This document shows positions 52,876-64,000 of a DNA stretch of 64,000 nt, piece by piece. Both the position numbers and the translations under genes were made by a program. This DNA comes from Lama guanicoe (lineage: Eukaryota), in NCBI GenBank assembly GCA_013239625.1, contig MU055744.1:712355-776354 (forward strand), written 5' to 3'. Below the pieces are notes generated by a model, which worked only from the letters and a program-made list of their open reading frames with translations, did not search any database and was not told the origin of the DNA. Position 1 is the first letter of the stretch, and each line of letters starts with the position of its first letter.

Positions 52876-52985
52876 GGGGGTGGCAGGTACAGCTCACTGG
52901 TAGAGCGTGTGCTTGGCGTGCACGGGGTCCTGGGTTCAATCCCCAGGGCCTCCGCTAAGGGAGGTTAAAAAAAAGAGAGAGAAAA
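52876..52985 (+). mobile_element. tRNA(Ala)-derived short SINE, most like camelid Vic-1
   Basis: GGGGGTGGCAGGTACAGCTCACTGGTAGAGCGTGTGCTTGGCGTGCACGGGGTCCTGGGTTCAATCCCCAGGGCCTCC plus an A-rich tail. Degenerate A box at ~52890-52900 and B box GGTTCAATCC at 52933-52942. Confidence 0.75.
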
Positions 52986-53719
52986 CCAAGTATCATAATG
53001 CTAAAAAAATCTTGCATAATTTTATTAACAAAAAAATACCAAAACACTTTTTCAGCGCAGCAGTTTTAAAATGGCCGCAAGCACTTTAGCATAAGGGCCC
53101 ATGAAGAGGCGGGCTCTGCGGCGGCAGGGATGCGCGCAGGCTTCTGTGTCTGGGCTTTAAGAAGCTGGTACGGTCGAGCCCTGTGCCTGGAGTACCCTTT
53201 CTGAGAACCCGACGCCACGCTGTGAGGAAGCCAACCAGCCCCCTGGGGGGCGCCACGCAGAGAAACCCAGGCCCCCAGCCAACAGCCCCGGCCAAGCGCC
53301 CAGCCAACAGCCAGGACCCACGCACCGGCCGTGTGGGAAAACCGCCCTCGAAGTGGACCCTCCAGCCCCAGCCGCGCCGCTCAGTCTGACATCACGGAAG
53401 CAGACAAACGGGCTCCGCCAGGCCCCGGCCCAGAAGCACAGGCACCCGCGAGCTAAGGCTGCTGCGGTGAAAGGCTGCTTGGTCTTCAGACGCGAGGTTT
53501 GGGTGGTTGTCACACGGCGAAAGATGACCACAAACTCCAGCAAGTGATAAACGGGAGATGCTTGTGATCATAAAGAGGAGACTCTCGTAACTGAGGAAAG
53601 GGGAGCAAACAAGCAAATAATGTGCTATGTCACTAGCAGTTCAACAAATCGAGGTAAATGGAGCCTCCTTTGTCTCCCATCCAGCTGGCCAGGTGGTGGG
53701 GAGAGGGACAGGAGGGGAC

Positions 53720-55600
53720 TTTCACGTCCCTCTCCCCAGCCACCGGCCTCTGGCAACTGCTGGTCTCTTTTCTGTTTCTCTAGTTCTGCCTCTTCTCGAA
53801 TGCCACGTGAGTAGAGCCGGATCACACAGAGCCTTTCACGTCTGCTTTTTCACATAACACAACGCTTCCGTGCCCAGGCAGTTTCCTGGATTCATGCCTC
53901 TTGCCGCCCAGCAGGAGCCCACTGAATGGGCGTGCCACAGTCTGTTCATCGGTCCCCAGCGGGTGGACCCTTGGGTCACCCCCAGGTTGGCGGGACAAAG
54001 CGGCATGTGAACATTCACCCGTATGTCTGTCTACGCACACGTTTTCACTTCCCTCGGGCAGATCCCAAGGAGTGTGAATGCTGCGTCCTCTGCAAAGTGT
54101 ACGATTAACTGTGTGGAAACCTGCCAAACTGTCTCCCAAAGTGGCCGCACCAGTTCGCGTTCCCGCCCCTGATGGAGGACAGCTTCCCTGAGTCCTCGCC
54201 GAGACTCCTGGGTGTGATGGCTCTCCTTGCGGCTTTAATTTGTGTTCCCTGCTGAGGACAGTTGCCCAGCATCTCCCTACACGTGCATTGGCCACTCACA
54301 CAGCTTACTTGGTGACATGTCTGTTCAACTCTTTTGCCCAGATTTAACTTGGGTCACCTGCCTTCTCACTTTGAGTTATAATATTCTTCTGTATGTTCCA
54401 GATGTAAGTGTTTAAACGAGATGTGTCTTACAAATCCTTTGTCCCAATCTGTGGCTTGCCTGTTTTCTTAACAGCATGTTTTGGAGAGCAGAAGCTTTGA
54501 ACGTGATGAAATCCAATCTATCCATTGTCCTATGGCTCATGTTTCTTGTGGATTTTGTAGGAAATTTTTGCCCAATTCAAGGTCATAAAATGGTGATCTC
54601 CTTTATACTAGTAATGCTCACCTTTGGGTCTATGATACCTCCTATTTTTCACATATGATTGGAAGCAAATTTTTTATTTTTGCTAATGGATGTCTCAGTG
54701 TTCCAGCACCATTCATGAGTAAAAACTATTTTCACCATTGAATTTTCTTAGTGCTTTTGCCAAACATCAAACGATCATATATGTGTGAGTCTACGCTGTT
54801 CCACTGGTCTACATGCCTATCCTTCCATCAACCCCATAACACCTTGATCACTGTAGCTTTATCGTTAAGTCCTAAAATCACAGACTATAAGGCCTCCAAT
54901 ACTCATTGTTTTGGTTTGGTTATTTTAAGTCCTTTGCATTTTCAGAAAAATTTCAGAGTCATCTTGTCAATATATTTCTTAAAAACGCATGCTAGGATTT
55001 TAAATGGTATTGCATTGAATCTGGAGAAAATGGTATCTTAACAATGCTAAACCTTTTTGTCCATGAGAATGGTATATCTGTCCAGTTCTTCACATCTTCT
55101 TTAATATCTCTAAGTTATGTTTTGTCACTTTCAGTGCACAGGTATTTTGTCAAATGCATCTCTAAGTATTTCATATTTTTGCTGGTCCTGTAATGGCTAT
55201 TTACGTTTCTATTTCTAATTGTTCATTTCTACTATCTAGACAGAGAACTGATTTTTGCATGTTGGTTTTGATTCCTTTGACCATGCTAAACATACCCATT
55301 AGTTCTAGAAACTTTTGTGTAAATTTCCTAGTATGTTTAACATAGAAATCATGTGCTCTTCAAATAAAGACAGTTTTATTTCTTCCTTTCCAGTTACATG
55401 CCTTTTGGTTCCTTTTCTTGCCTTGTTGCACTGGCTAGCATCGCCACACAATGTTGAATAGGCGTAGTAAGAGCAGATATTTTTGCTTTTTTCCCTAACC
55501 TTCAGCAGGAAATGCACTCTGTATGTAGATTTTACAAAGACATCCTTTATCAGATGGAGGAAGTTCCCTTTTAGTCCCCATTTACAGGGATTTGCTCCTC
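53720..55600 (-). mobile_element. Ancient L1M (MB/MC-type) LINE-1 fragment: 3' UTR plus decayed ORF2
   Basis: 3' end CCTCTGGCAACTGCTGGTCTCTTTTCTGTTTCTCTAGTT matches the antisense L1MB/MC terminus. The minus-strand translation GKEEIKLSLFEEHMI (55347-55391) corresponds to the L1 RT motif GKEEVKLSLFADDMI. Confidence 0.85.
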
Positions 55601-55619
55601 ATATTTTTAGTTTAAAACA

Positions 55620-55865
55620 ATTACACAGTAGTATGTTTTCCTAATTTTATAAAAGCAGGCACAAAAAAAGTACTGAAAAATAAATACATCAAAATGTTCA
55701 ATTGGTAATTTATTTGGCTGCACTTAACAGAAACCTTCACAGCACCATGAGCAGCAGCACTGTGGTTTGAAAAGTAAGGGATTTTGATGAACTTTTATTT
55801 CCTTCTTTACACTTTTTAGTAGCTTTTAACAATTTTATGGCGGACGTATGTTGCTTTTATAACAA
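55620..55865 (+). mobile_element. L1ME-type extreme 3' end remnant (approximate)
   Basis: AAATACATCAAAATGTT...TTTTATTTCCTTCTTTACACTTTTT...GTATGTTGCTTTTATAA. Confidence 0.5.
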
Positions 55866-57659
55866 ATTAATGGCATAATGAATGCCCATTAATGTCCAGC
55901 AGGAAATGGCATTACATAGCTAAACAACTGCCCTTTCCCAGGCCTTCCTAAAAACGCAGGAGTCACAGATCCTCTGGCCTTTGCCTGGGTAACGGGGTAC
56001 TTTTAACTGGTCTTTGTAAGACAAAACACCATTTGCACTTCTCAGGAATGTCTCCATTGGGCAGAGTCTGACATCTGAGGTGGGACCCCCACACCAGGCG
56101 TTGTCATGGGGCCCCCTCAGTCAGGCCCCTGCCCTTTGGACCGACAGGTGGACAGAGGCAACAGCATCTGCTGGCCCCTCGTTTTCCTGCCCTGCCGTCA
56201 GCTGGGATTCGCCTTGAAATTCTCTTTCAAAAAAGACAGCTTTAGAGGCAGATGATGGTTTTAACACCTATTAAATGTCACAAAGCAAACAATGTGGCCG
56301 ACAAAGTTAAAGGATTATTTCCTGGTACTTAAATAAAGCCACTGTCTGGACCGTCAAGGCCTTCAGACACTCACCCAAAGGTGCCGATCCTCATTCAGCC
56401 CCTAAGGATGCTGCGGGCAGAGCACAGGTGCAGAAGGGTGCTGCTGTCCCGGTGGTTCTACAGATTCGACTCTGAAATCACGTTATTCAATTATGGGATT
56501 CCAGTCAAAGAACACTGCACCGGTCACTCCCACATGGCACGGTGCGTCCCCCAGGATCGGAAGGCATCTTTCAATCACTATGAGCTATGAAAGTTTTCAA
56601 GACTCTAAATAGGACTCAAAACAGGTGCATGGACATCACATGAACACAGAAGCGTGTGATGACTCTATCCAAGTCCTGCTCCCCCCCGCCCAGAAGGTAC
56701 CACTTCAGGCAGCCAGACTCAGAGCCAGCGTCCACAGCCATCACTGACAAGTCTGCATCTCTAGTCGCGGCTGGATTTTCTAGCTTAATGAAGTCAAGCT
56801 TCAGGGCCCCCCGCCCCGGGTGGACAGCTGCGGGCTCTCCAGGTAGGCTCACACCCTCAGCCCTCCTGGACGTAGGTGAAGGACAAATGTGCATAGACCC
56901 CCGTGAGCCCACGTCCACCACTGGAAGATTCACGGACAAGAATCCCGCGTCCACCCCTGCAGCTGAGCAGACTGCTGCCCGAAAGTGAGAGCACGCTTCC
57001 CTCTCCCCTGCCCAGCCGGGCCCAGCACTCATCTCCGTGGTCCTCCCCGCCGCGAGCCCCGCCCAGCCCGCTCCTCCCCGCTCCTCCAGTGCGGACACCA
57101 GCACACACATCCAATGTGACCGCCTCGGTGGGAATGAGACCCAATCATCAGCAGGACCCTGACAGCACTGTCCACTCAACCAGCCACGGCAGCGGCTCGG
57201 CAAACGCACAGACGGCCCGGGAGACGGTGGAGGGGGGGAACAATTAGCATCTCTTGACTGTGAGGTTCGAGAAGATGCCCTCATGGTTCTGACTGACTGA
57301 AAGCAGCGTCTAAAGCTTGGAAGGCATGTGCGCTGAAACTGTTAGTAATAATTCAACACCTGTCAGCAACTCCGTGGGGTAGGAGGTGCCACTCCGCTCT
57401 CCAGACGAGGAAACGTCGGCGACCCTAAATGCCCAGGTGACCTGGGATGGGTCACAGGCCCAGTGATGGCCATGTCAGTTCCCAGGTATCGCTGCCTCCC
57501 AGAAGCAGAAGAGGGGGGTGACCGGCCTACGGCAGGGTGGGTGTCCCGGTGCTATCCGTGGGTCCACCCGGGTTTAGCTCCCGAGGATAAGGTTGCCAGG
57601 GCGCAGCAGCCGGGCAGGAGCTGCCCGTGGTTAGTGGGAATGCAATTCTGCAGTAAACG

Positions 57660-58310
57660 GGCTTGAAGTCCTTCCTGCTCTGACGCAGTGACTCAACGTC
57701 TAGGAACCCACCCTGAGGAAACAGTCACAGAGGCACAAAGGATTCACCAAAAGATGTTCATCCAGGTGTTATTTATAATCCGAGCAGCCGGCAACAGCCC
57801 CGGCCCAACGCAAGAGGGGCTGCAAAGCGAGCCCAGAACAAGCCCCCAGCGGGACGCCGGCAGCCCAGTTTGCCGGCAGAGGGCCTGCTGCGAGCGGCGC
57901 GGGAAGTGTCCGCGCGTCCGGACGCACAGCACTGTTTCCACACGTGCGCTCAGCCACAAAGGGGGGGTGGGGGGCAAGTCTGTGTCCCCCCAAAGTCCCT
58001 ACGGCGAAATCCTGAGCCCCAACAATGACAGTTCTAGAGAATTCTCCCGCCCCTTCCATCGTGTGAGAACACAGCAAGGAACGCCAGCTATGGACCAGAA
58101 AGGGGGCCTCCCCCACCCAGGCTGGTGGCTCGACCTTGGACGTCCCACCCACCAGAACGACAAGAAATAAATTTCTGTTGTTCTTAGGCCACCCAATCCG
58201 GGGTGTTTTATTGCAGCAGCCCAAGCAGACCAGACAGAAAGGAAAGAAAAGGGCATTTTCATTTTTCCCAACTTTGCTGTAATGAGTATGCTTTATTTTC
58301 ACAGTCAAGG
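57660..58310 (+). mobile_element. L1ME 3' end remnant interrupted by an MLT1 LTR (approximate)
   Basis: TCTAGGAACCCACCCTGAGGAAAC...AAGATGTTCATCCAGGTGTTATTTATAAT lies before the LTR. ATTTTTCCCAACTTTGCTGTAATGAGTATGCTTTATTTTCACAGTC lies after it. Confidence 0.6.
57970..58236 (+). mobile_element. MaLR LTR (MLT1A/B-like), internally deleted
   Basis: TGTGTCCCCCCAAAG..., GTGTGAGAACACAGCAAG, and the diagnostic end AGAAATAAATTTCTGTTGTTCTTAGGCCACCCAATC...TTATTGCAGCAGCCCAAGCAGACCAGACA. Confidence 0.85.
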
Positions 58311-58614
58311 AAAGTCAGTGAAAGCACTTGGAGCGTTAGTCTGATCTCTGAGTCTAGGACCAAATACCTTGAAACGTGGACTCTCCGCCTCCCAGCTCCC
58401 AAGGTGGACTTTATCTTATCTTTGACTGCCAAATGGAGGCCTTCTCTTCCCCACCTGTCCATGCCCTCCTCTGCTGAGAGCCCCACTTTACCTCCCACAG
58501 CTGCTCCAGAGCCATGGGCTTCCCATCTCTCCTGAACTCTTAAAAAGCTGTCAGCACCCCACTGTTACCCTGACGGCACTGCCCGCTGCTACTGCAGTGG
58601 GATTTATCCTGCCT

Positions 58615-58740
58615 CTCAACTCAAGCCAATAAACCTGAGGAGGAGCTAGCTGTGCCCGGTGCCATGCTAAGCACGGCAGATTCCGAAGTGAGTCAGTGGT
58701 TCCCTGCCCTCGGGAGCTCTAGTGTAGAGAGTGGAAGTCT
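58615..58740 (-). mobile_element. L2 LINE 3' remnant (approximate)
   Basis: GCTAGCTGTGCCCGGTGCCATGCTAAGCAC...GTTCCCTGCCCTCGGGAGCTCTAGTGTAG. Confidence 0.55.
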
Positions 58741-58816
58741 CGGATGGTCCTATACAATCTGATGCAAAAATGGAAAGTGGTTTCGTGGAGGGGGCCCCCC
58801 AGAGCTCTGATGAAAG

Positions 58817-58964
58817 AATAGATGGATCAGTGGGTGGGTGGGTGGATGGATTTATGATCTGGATCAATGGGTGGATTTAAGGTGTGGGTCAGTGGGTGTA
58901 TGAATGGATGGATGGATGGATGGACAGTTGGATAGATGAATGGATGGTTGGTTGGATAGACAGA

Positions 58965-58999
<35 letters not shown>

Positions 59000-59115
59000 A
59001 TGGATGGATGTTTGAATGGATGGATGGTTGGTTGGACAGATGAATGGACGGTCGTTTGGATGTGTGGACGTCTGGTTGGATGGACAGATGTCCGGATGGA
59101 TGGATGAATGAATGG
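58817..59115. repeat. Compound (TGGA)n/(TGGC)8/(TGGT)n microsatellite
   Basis: Perfect (TGGC)8 at 58965-58996 embedded in degenerate TGGA repeats. Confidence 0.93.
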
Positions 59116-59569
59116 AGGGTTAAGACAGACAGTGCCTATAGGGCTCTGCCCTCCATCTGCTGTGTGACTCTAGGGCCCTCCCTATCCCCACCTATAGACT
59201 GGGTGGATGGGGGTTGTTGATTTCAGTTCTGAAAACCTGCAAGTGTGTGTTCCTATTTTCAAATGATCACTGAATGTTACGTGCTCAATCCATCCAGTCT
59301 GCCCCTTCCTGAGTAGGTTTTATTTCTTTTCTTTTCTTTTCTTTTTTTGGACCACAAACCTTTTTAATTGACCGAATCATTCCAGCCAAAAGCATCTGCC
59401 CACCTGCAGGAGAGGCACACAGCACCCAGGGCCACCAACCCAACCAGCCCACCTGTTTTAACAACACACTCACCCAACTCAAAAGGTGCTGGAGAGAAGC
59501 GCACCCCCACGTACTCAGATGCCCCTCTAAAAAAAACCACGAGTCCCAATTTTAGTGTGTCCTTCCTTG

Positions 59570-60650
59570 CCATCTGCAAATATGCAGGCCTGGATTTCGG
59601 TGTCTGTTTGACAGAGGTGGATTCATCCTGAGCGGCACATTCTTCGCGTGGCCTTCCTTTACTTGTGCGTCTTGGAGACTGATCCATTTCAGGAAGCGTG
59701 AAGGCATTTAAACCCCACTCTCGTAGCTGCTGCTCCGTGTTCTCTTCCAGAACCGCTCAGTCACTTGTCTGAACAGCTCCCAGATGTGCACCTGGATATA
59801 TCAGCCCTCTGCCCTTGCAGGAGGGCTCCATGGCTGCTCTAAGCACCGGTGTCTGCACACTCGTGTGCGCGTATCGACAGGAGGCACCCCCAGCTGTGGA
59901 GTCGCCGGTCAGAGTACGTGCATTTTAAGATTCCGACAGACACTGCAAAAGCCTTTTGTAGACGCACAGCCCAGGAGGACACCCACCACCCCCTGCTAGA
60001 GCCAGCAGTGCACGTTCCCCGTGGTTGCTCTTGGCCCGCGGGGCCGGAGGAGAAGTGGGTCTCCCTGGGCTTCACCGGCGCTCCCTTCTTGTAAGCGCGG
60101 CGAGTAAGGCCAAGTGCAGCCGCACACGTCCAACAGCCCCTGGGCCCTTCTGAGAACCATTGGTGTCTTCTGTCCACTTTTCTTTTTTTTTCGCTTTGGG
60201 TCCTGGCTGTTTCTTACTGATTTGCAGGAGTCTTTGAATATAACAGCGTGACACCCCCTTTTCTGCGAGACACGTATTTTCTTACTCTTTTCTTATGGCG
60301 ATGGGTTGTTTGGGGGGTTGTTCTGGCCAGAGAGAAAAGTCTTGATCTTACAGAGTTAGTTTTTTTTTCTTTTATAACTTCTCCGGCTTATGTCATACTG
60401 AGAAAGACCTTCTCATCCCGAGATCATAAAGCCCAGTCTGCCATATTTTCTTCTAGTGGTTTGATGGTTTTGTTTTTAACGTTCACAATCACTGATCCAT
60501 CTGGAATACGTTTTGGTGCAAGGGTGAGGCAGCATCCAAGTTCTTTTTCCCAGATGGCTTCTTCATGATCCCAGCCCATTTCAATGACTAATCCTTTCTT
60601 TTCCAGCCAATGTGAAAGGTCACCTTTATCAAACTCTAAGTGACTGAAAA
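59570..60650 (-). mobile_element. Ancient L1M fragment (3' end and ORF2 C-terminal region, approximate)
   Basis: TTTCTTACTGATTTGCAGGAGTCTTTG, ATATTTTCTTCTAGTGGTTTGATGGTTTTG and TGATCCATCTGGAATACGTTTTGGTGCAAGGGTGAGG are typical of antisense L1M. Confidence 0.75.
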
Positions 60651-60789
60651 GCCAGAGTGATGGCTTTGCACCCTCTTCATGTCCCACATGGAAGGGAGGT
60701 TCTGCTGCTCACCCATCCCCCTAGGACACTCTCCTCCCCCAGGACGGTATGTGTGAGCCCCCACAGTGGAAGCAGGTCAGGTGAAGCCC

Positions 60790-61190
60790 GAATCGGTGTG
60801 CTTCATGAAAGCACAGCCACCTACAATATCAAAAAGTGGGAAATGCCCCCACGCCCAGCAATGGGAGGCTCTTGAAGTAAATTAGGCTGTTTGCCAGCTG
60901 TCACAGGTGGGGACAGAGTGCCTTCCGTACCACGCAAAGTGAGGACGCCCCAGCTGGGCTCCGAGGCCTCCCTCTGCAGGGAGGGGGTGCCGGTGTGGGC
61001 AGGGCCCCTGGCCCAGCGTGCCCCCGGGAGCTTCCAGGTCAGACGCCGGGAGGTCTCTTCCCTCCTTGTTCTCTGTGCGCAGAGCCAGCGGAGTTGGAGT
61101 CTGGGCGTTATGGGTGATCCTTATTTTCTTCTTTCTATTTTATCTGATTTTCCAAAATGCCTCTAATGAACATGTAACTTTTTCACTAAA
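60790..61190 (+). mobile_element. L1ME 3' end remnant (approximate)
   Basis: TACAATATCAAAAAGTGGGAAATGCCCCACGCCCAGCAATGGGAG and TTATGGGTGATCCTTATTTTCTTCTTTCTATTTTATCTGATTTTCCAAAAT...AATGAACATGTAAC. Confidence 0.65.
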
Positions 61191-61233
61191 ATATATATAT
61201 GTACATATATGTATATATACATATATACATATA
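61191..61233. repeat. (TA)n-type microsatellite
   Basis: ATATATATATGTACATATATGTATATATACATATATACATATA. Confidence 0.9.
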
Positions 61234-64000
61234 GAAAGTTAAAGGCGAAAAGGCGGAGGAAGACACTGAAGGAGAGGGACACAGAGCTGGACAGTCAGGG
61301 CCCAGCCTGGCCCCGGCCCCGCCCATGCCGTCAGCGTGGGTCTGACTGACCTCTGACCTCCAGTGTCCGGCACTCAGAGGACGCGACTCTTCCTTCCTCG
61401 GGGACTGTCATGTAAACGGAGCAGCACAAGGGAAGTGAGGCTAGCTGAGCCTGGGAACATCCAGGGGTCATGGCTCACTGACCCCAGGATGGGGAGCCCT
61501 GGTTTCCAAGGCCAGGGGCTCAGCCCGTGTTGGGCAAGGGCGCCCCCTCCCGCGGGCCCAGGGTGTGAGGCTTCCCAGCACGGCCACATCCAATGGCCCC
61601 GGCACAGCAGTGTGCATACAGCAGGTGCTCATTAGTTGCTGAATTGCATTTGGGGATGACGATCTCTTCAACCACCCCCTTGGCAAAGCCACACACGCTG
61701 CCTTCAGCCCTGCAGGCGCCCACAAAAACATTAGGGGGGTGTAATTCAGAGGCAGCGTCTCGCGTGCGTTTCCCACCACGCGCCTAACCCAGCAGGCAGG
61801 GCACGCGGAGGTGCGCACGGGCACAAACAAGGCTCAGTTCACGAGGCAGCGAGCTCCTCCGTCGCCAACAGTTCCAGAGTTTCGAGTCACAGATGTGGTC
61901 ACAGAATCTGTGGCCCAGGGAAGACGTGATTAACAACAGACCCCGGGCATCGCCTCCGCAGCCCAGGTGCTCCACACACGTTAGCTCCTGCCACCCAGGC
62001 TGCCGGGTGCCCACATCTCCCTGTCCCTCTGAGGAGGGAGAGCTGAGGCCGGGAACAGGGCTGGGGGGAGCTGAGGTCCCACGGGCAGCGAGGACACAAG
62101 GGGGAGACCGAGCCGGGGAGTTCTCCAGCCGGGCCGCCCTGCTGCTTGGCGGCCCCTCTGCCCGCCGCCCAGGAATAGGAACGGCCCATCAGGGAGCCTG
62201 GAAAGGCCCAGACAGAAAACGCTGTGTGCCCGGCCAGCACCAGGCCGCATCTGTCCTGCTGGCACCAGCATGACAGTACCAGCCCGGGGCCTCCCAGGAC
62301 GCTAGGAAGTCAGCGTGGAAGGCAGGATCTGGGCAGTAGGATGAGGGGAGCAGCGGGTCGTCAGAGAAAAGTGCACTAAAAGTGCAGCTGACACACCCCA
62401 GAGATGGGAAGCTGCTCAGCACAGCAGGATGTCGGGGCCCCTGGGGGGGCAGAGATTCACGGCTGCAGCCACTACTGCAGAAATCAGACCGGACAGCACC
62501 GTAGCAAGTGACAGGGAGAAGACCAGGCTACCCCTCTTCAGAGCATTTCTCTTTCTCTTTCTTTTTTTTTTTTTTCTGCCGAGATATCAACCAGACACGC
62601 CTTCCCAGATACTGCGGAAGCCCAGTGCTTTTTGTCCAGGCTTAAGTTCAGCACAGGAAGGCAGACCGTGGAAACCAAGAGGCAGACGCGACAGAACAGC
62701 CGGCCCGGGGAGGGCAGCTCTGAGCACGTGGTGCTCACGACGCCGGCGCCCGCGCTCCCGGTGGAGAAGCAGGAGGCGGCGTCCCAGGGCAGCGTGAGTG
62801 ATGCTGTCACCCCCCGGGAAGTCCTGGAGAACAGAAGCCATTCCAGGTGAGGGCTCAGAAGTGAAGAAGAACAGGCCGAAACCGGCAGTATGTAAAGAAT
62901 TCCAAAACATGGCTGCAAGAGTTTCTGGAAGTTATTTACAGGGTAAGACGTTGATCCTGGAATGAAAGGAGCCTGGCGTGAAAGGGCCTGCGAAGAGTCA
63001 TCTGGAGCGATCACAGATAAGGAGCAGGGTGACAGCGGGGCAAACTACCCAGAGGGCGGGGCGGGTGGGGTTCTCGGAGGGGGCAGCCGCGGTGCCGCAC
63101 AGAGCCGCGCTCAAATCAAAGCCTCTTCCCTGTCTGCTGAGTCACTGGGACAAATCCTCACGCGACTGACCTCAGGGGCGTGTTGGGTAACGCAAAGAAC
63201 CGTGGGTGTCAGGCACGCAACATGCAGGAGGCGGCCAGCGCCGCGGCCAGCGCATCAGTGCCCGTGTGACCGGAGACCCCAGGACGGGGCTCAAACCCGC
63301 CTAGGTGCACCTGACACGCACGCGCGCACCCTGCCGCAAACAGGCCATCTGCTTGGGCGTCCGCGAAGGGTCGGGGTGGCCCAGACTGCCCGCGAAGCCT
63401 GGAGGTTGACGTCAGCGTCGACCGCCCAGCAGAGCCCCGAGCCCGCAGACTCCACCCGGCGAACGCCGAGGGGCTCGCCCCCCGGCTGTCCGCCCACGCT
63501 CGCCTGACCGCGCTCCAGAGCGACCCTGGCAGGCCCCTGCCCCCTCTCCCCTCTGGCCTCTCCAGGGGCACCAGGACCAGGACACCTGCCTCTGCCAGAG
63601 GGCGAGGTCCTCCCATCCCCCGGGAGCAGCCCAGCCCCCGCACGCCCGCCCACTCTGCTTGGGAGAGCCGCTCACACCGCGTGGGCCGACGCCCTCCGGG
63701 TTTACCGAGCACGTTCAGCTCCAGCCCTGGCTCTCTGTTGAGCCCCCGGCCCTACCGGCAGCGGGCACCGCGGGAAGCGGCAGATCCAGAGAGACGCTGC
63801 CCGCCTGGAGGTCTGAACTGTGCCTCTTCAGCCCTCACCCAAACCTGCAAGGAAGACATCCTCGGCTCCGTCCTGCACGCGAAGAGGCTGAGGCACGGGA
63901 CAAAGGACGCTCTGGAGGTCACGGCACCGGAGCGTGGCAGCCCCGCCCCCGCCACGCCGGGTGTCGGTCCCGCAGAGCTGGGCTGCAGTACCGCCCCGGG

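Noticed and set aside
52876-52955. Functional tRNA-Ala gene
   Set aside because: The A box is mutated, the acceptor and D stems pair poorly, and it has an A-rich tail rather than a T-run terminator. It is better explained as a SINE.
55305-55517. Active or domesticated reverse transcriptase
   Set aside because: The catalytic FADD motif reads FEEH and the surrounding frame is broken. It is a dead L1 fossil.
42245-64000. CpG-island promoter, COL5A1 exon 1, or an antisense lncRNA in intron 1
   Set aside because: No signal-peptide exon (MDVHTRWK...) was seen. CpG richness is window-wide rather than a discrete island, and a lncRNA cannot be supported from sequence alone.

Overview
This is mammalian genomic DNA from a scaffold with three N-gaps. 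It is very GC- and CpG-rich and lies entirely inside the COL5A1 gene (collagen type V alpha-1) on the minus strand. Twelve coding exons (2-13) can be placed to the base, each with canonical AG/GT boundaries. They splice into one 1565-nt open frame covering the TSPN/PARP N-propeptide domain, the BMP-1 cleavage region, the acidic Tyr-rich variable region, the short COL2 helix and the NC2 linker. Exon 1 lies beyond position 64000 and exon 14 was not found (probably before position 1). Introns hold ancient repeats (L1M, L2, MIR, an MLT1 LTR, a MER34-like solo LTR), (TGGA)n/(CAC)n microsatellites and one tRNA-Ala-type SINE resembling camelid Vic-1, a tentative taxon clue. Nearly all of the long six-frame ORFs are artefacts of high GC. 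I found no evidence of a new multi-gene system. The best leads are lineage-specific COL5A1 changes (a 12-bp duplication in exon 7, substitutions in the conserved YDYCEHY motif, Gly527Ser), a long intronic inverted repeat, candidate intronic enhancers and apparent GC-biased decay of old repeats. Human/mouse sequences and repeat consensi were compared from memory, not by search.
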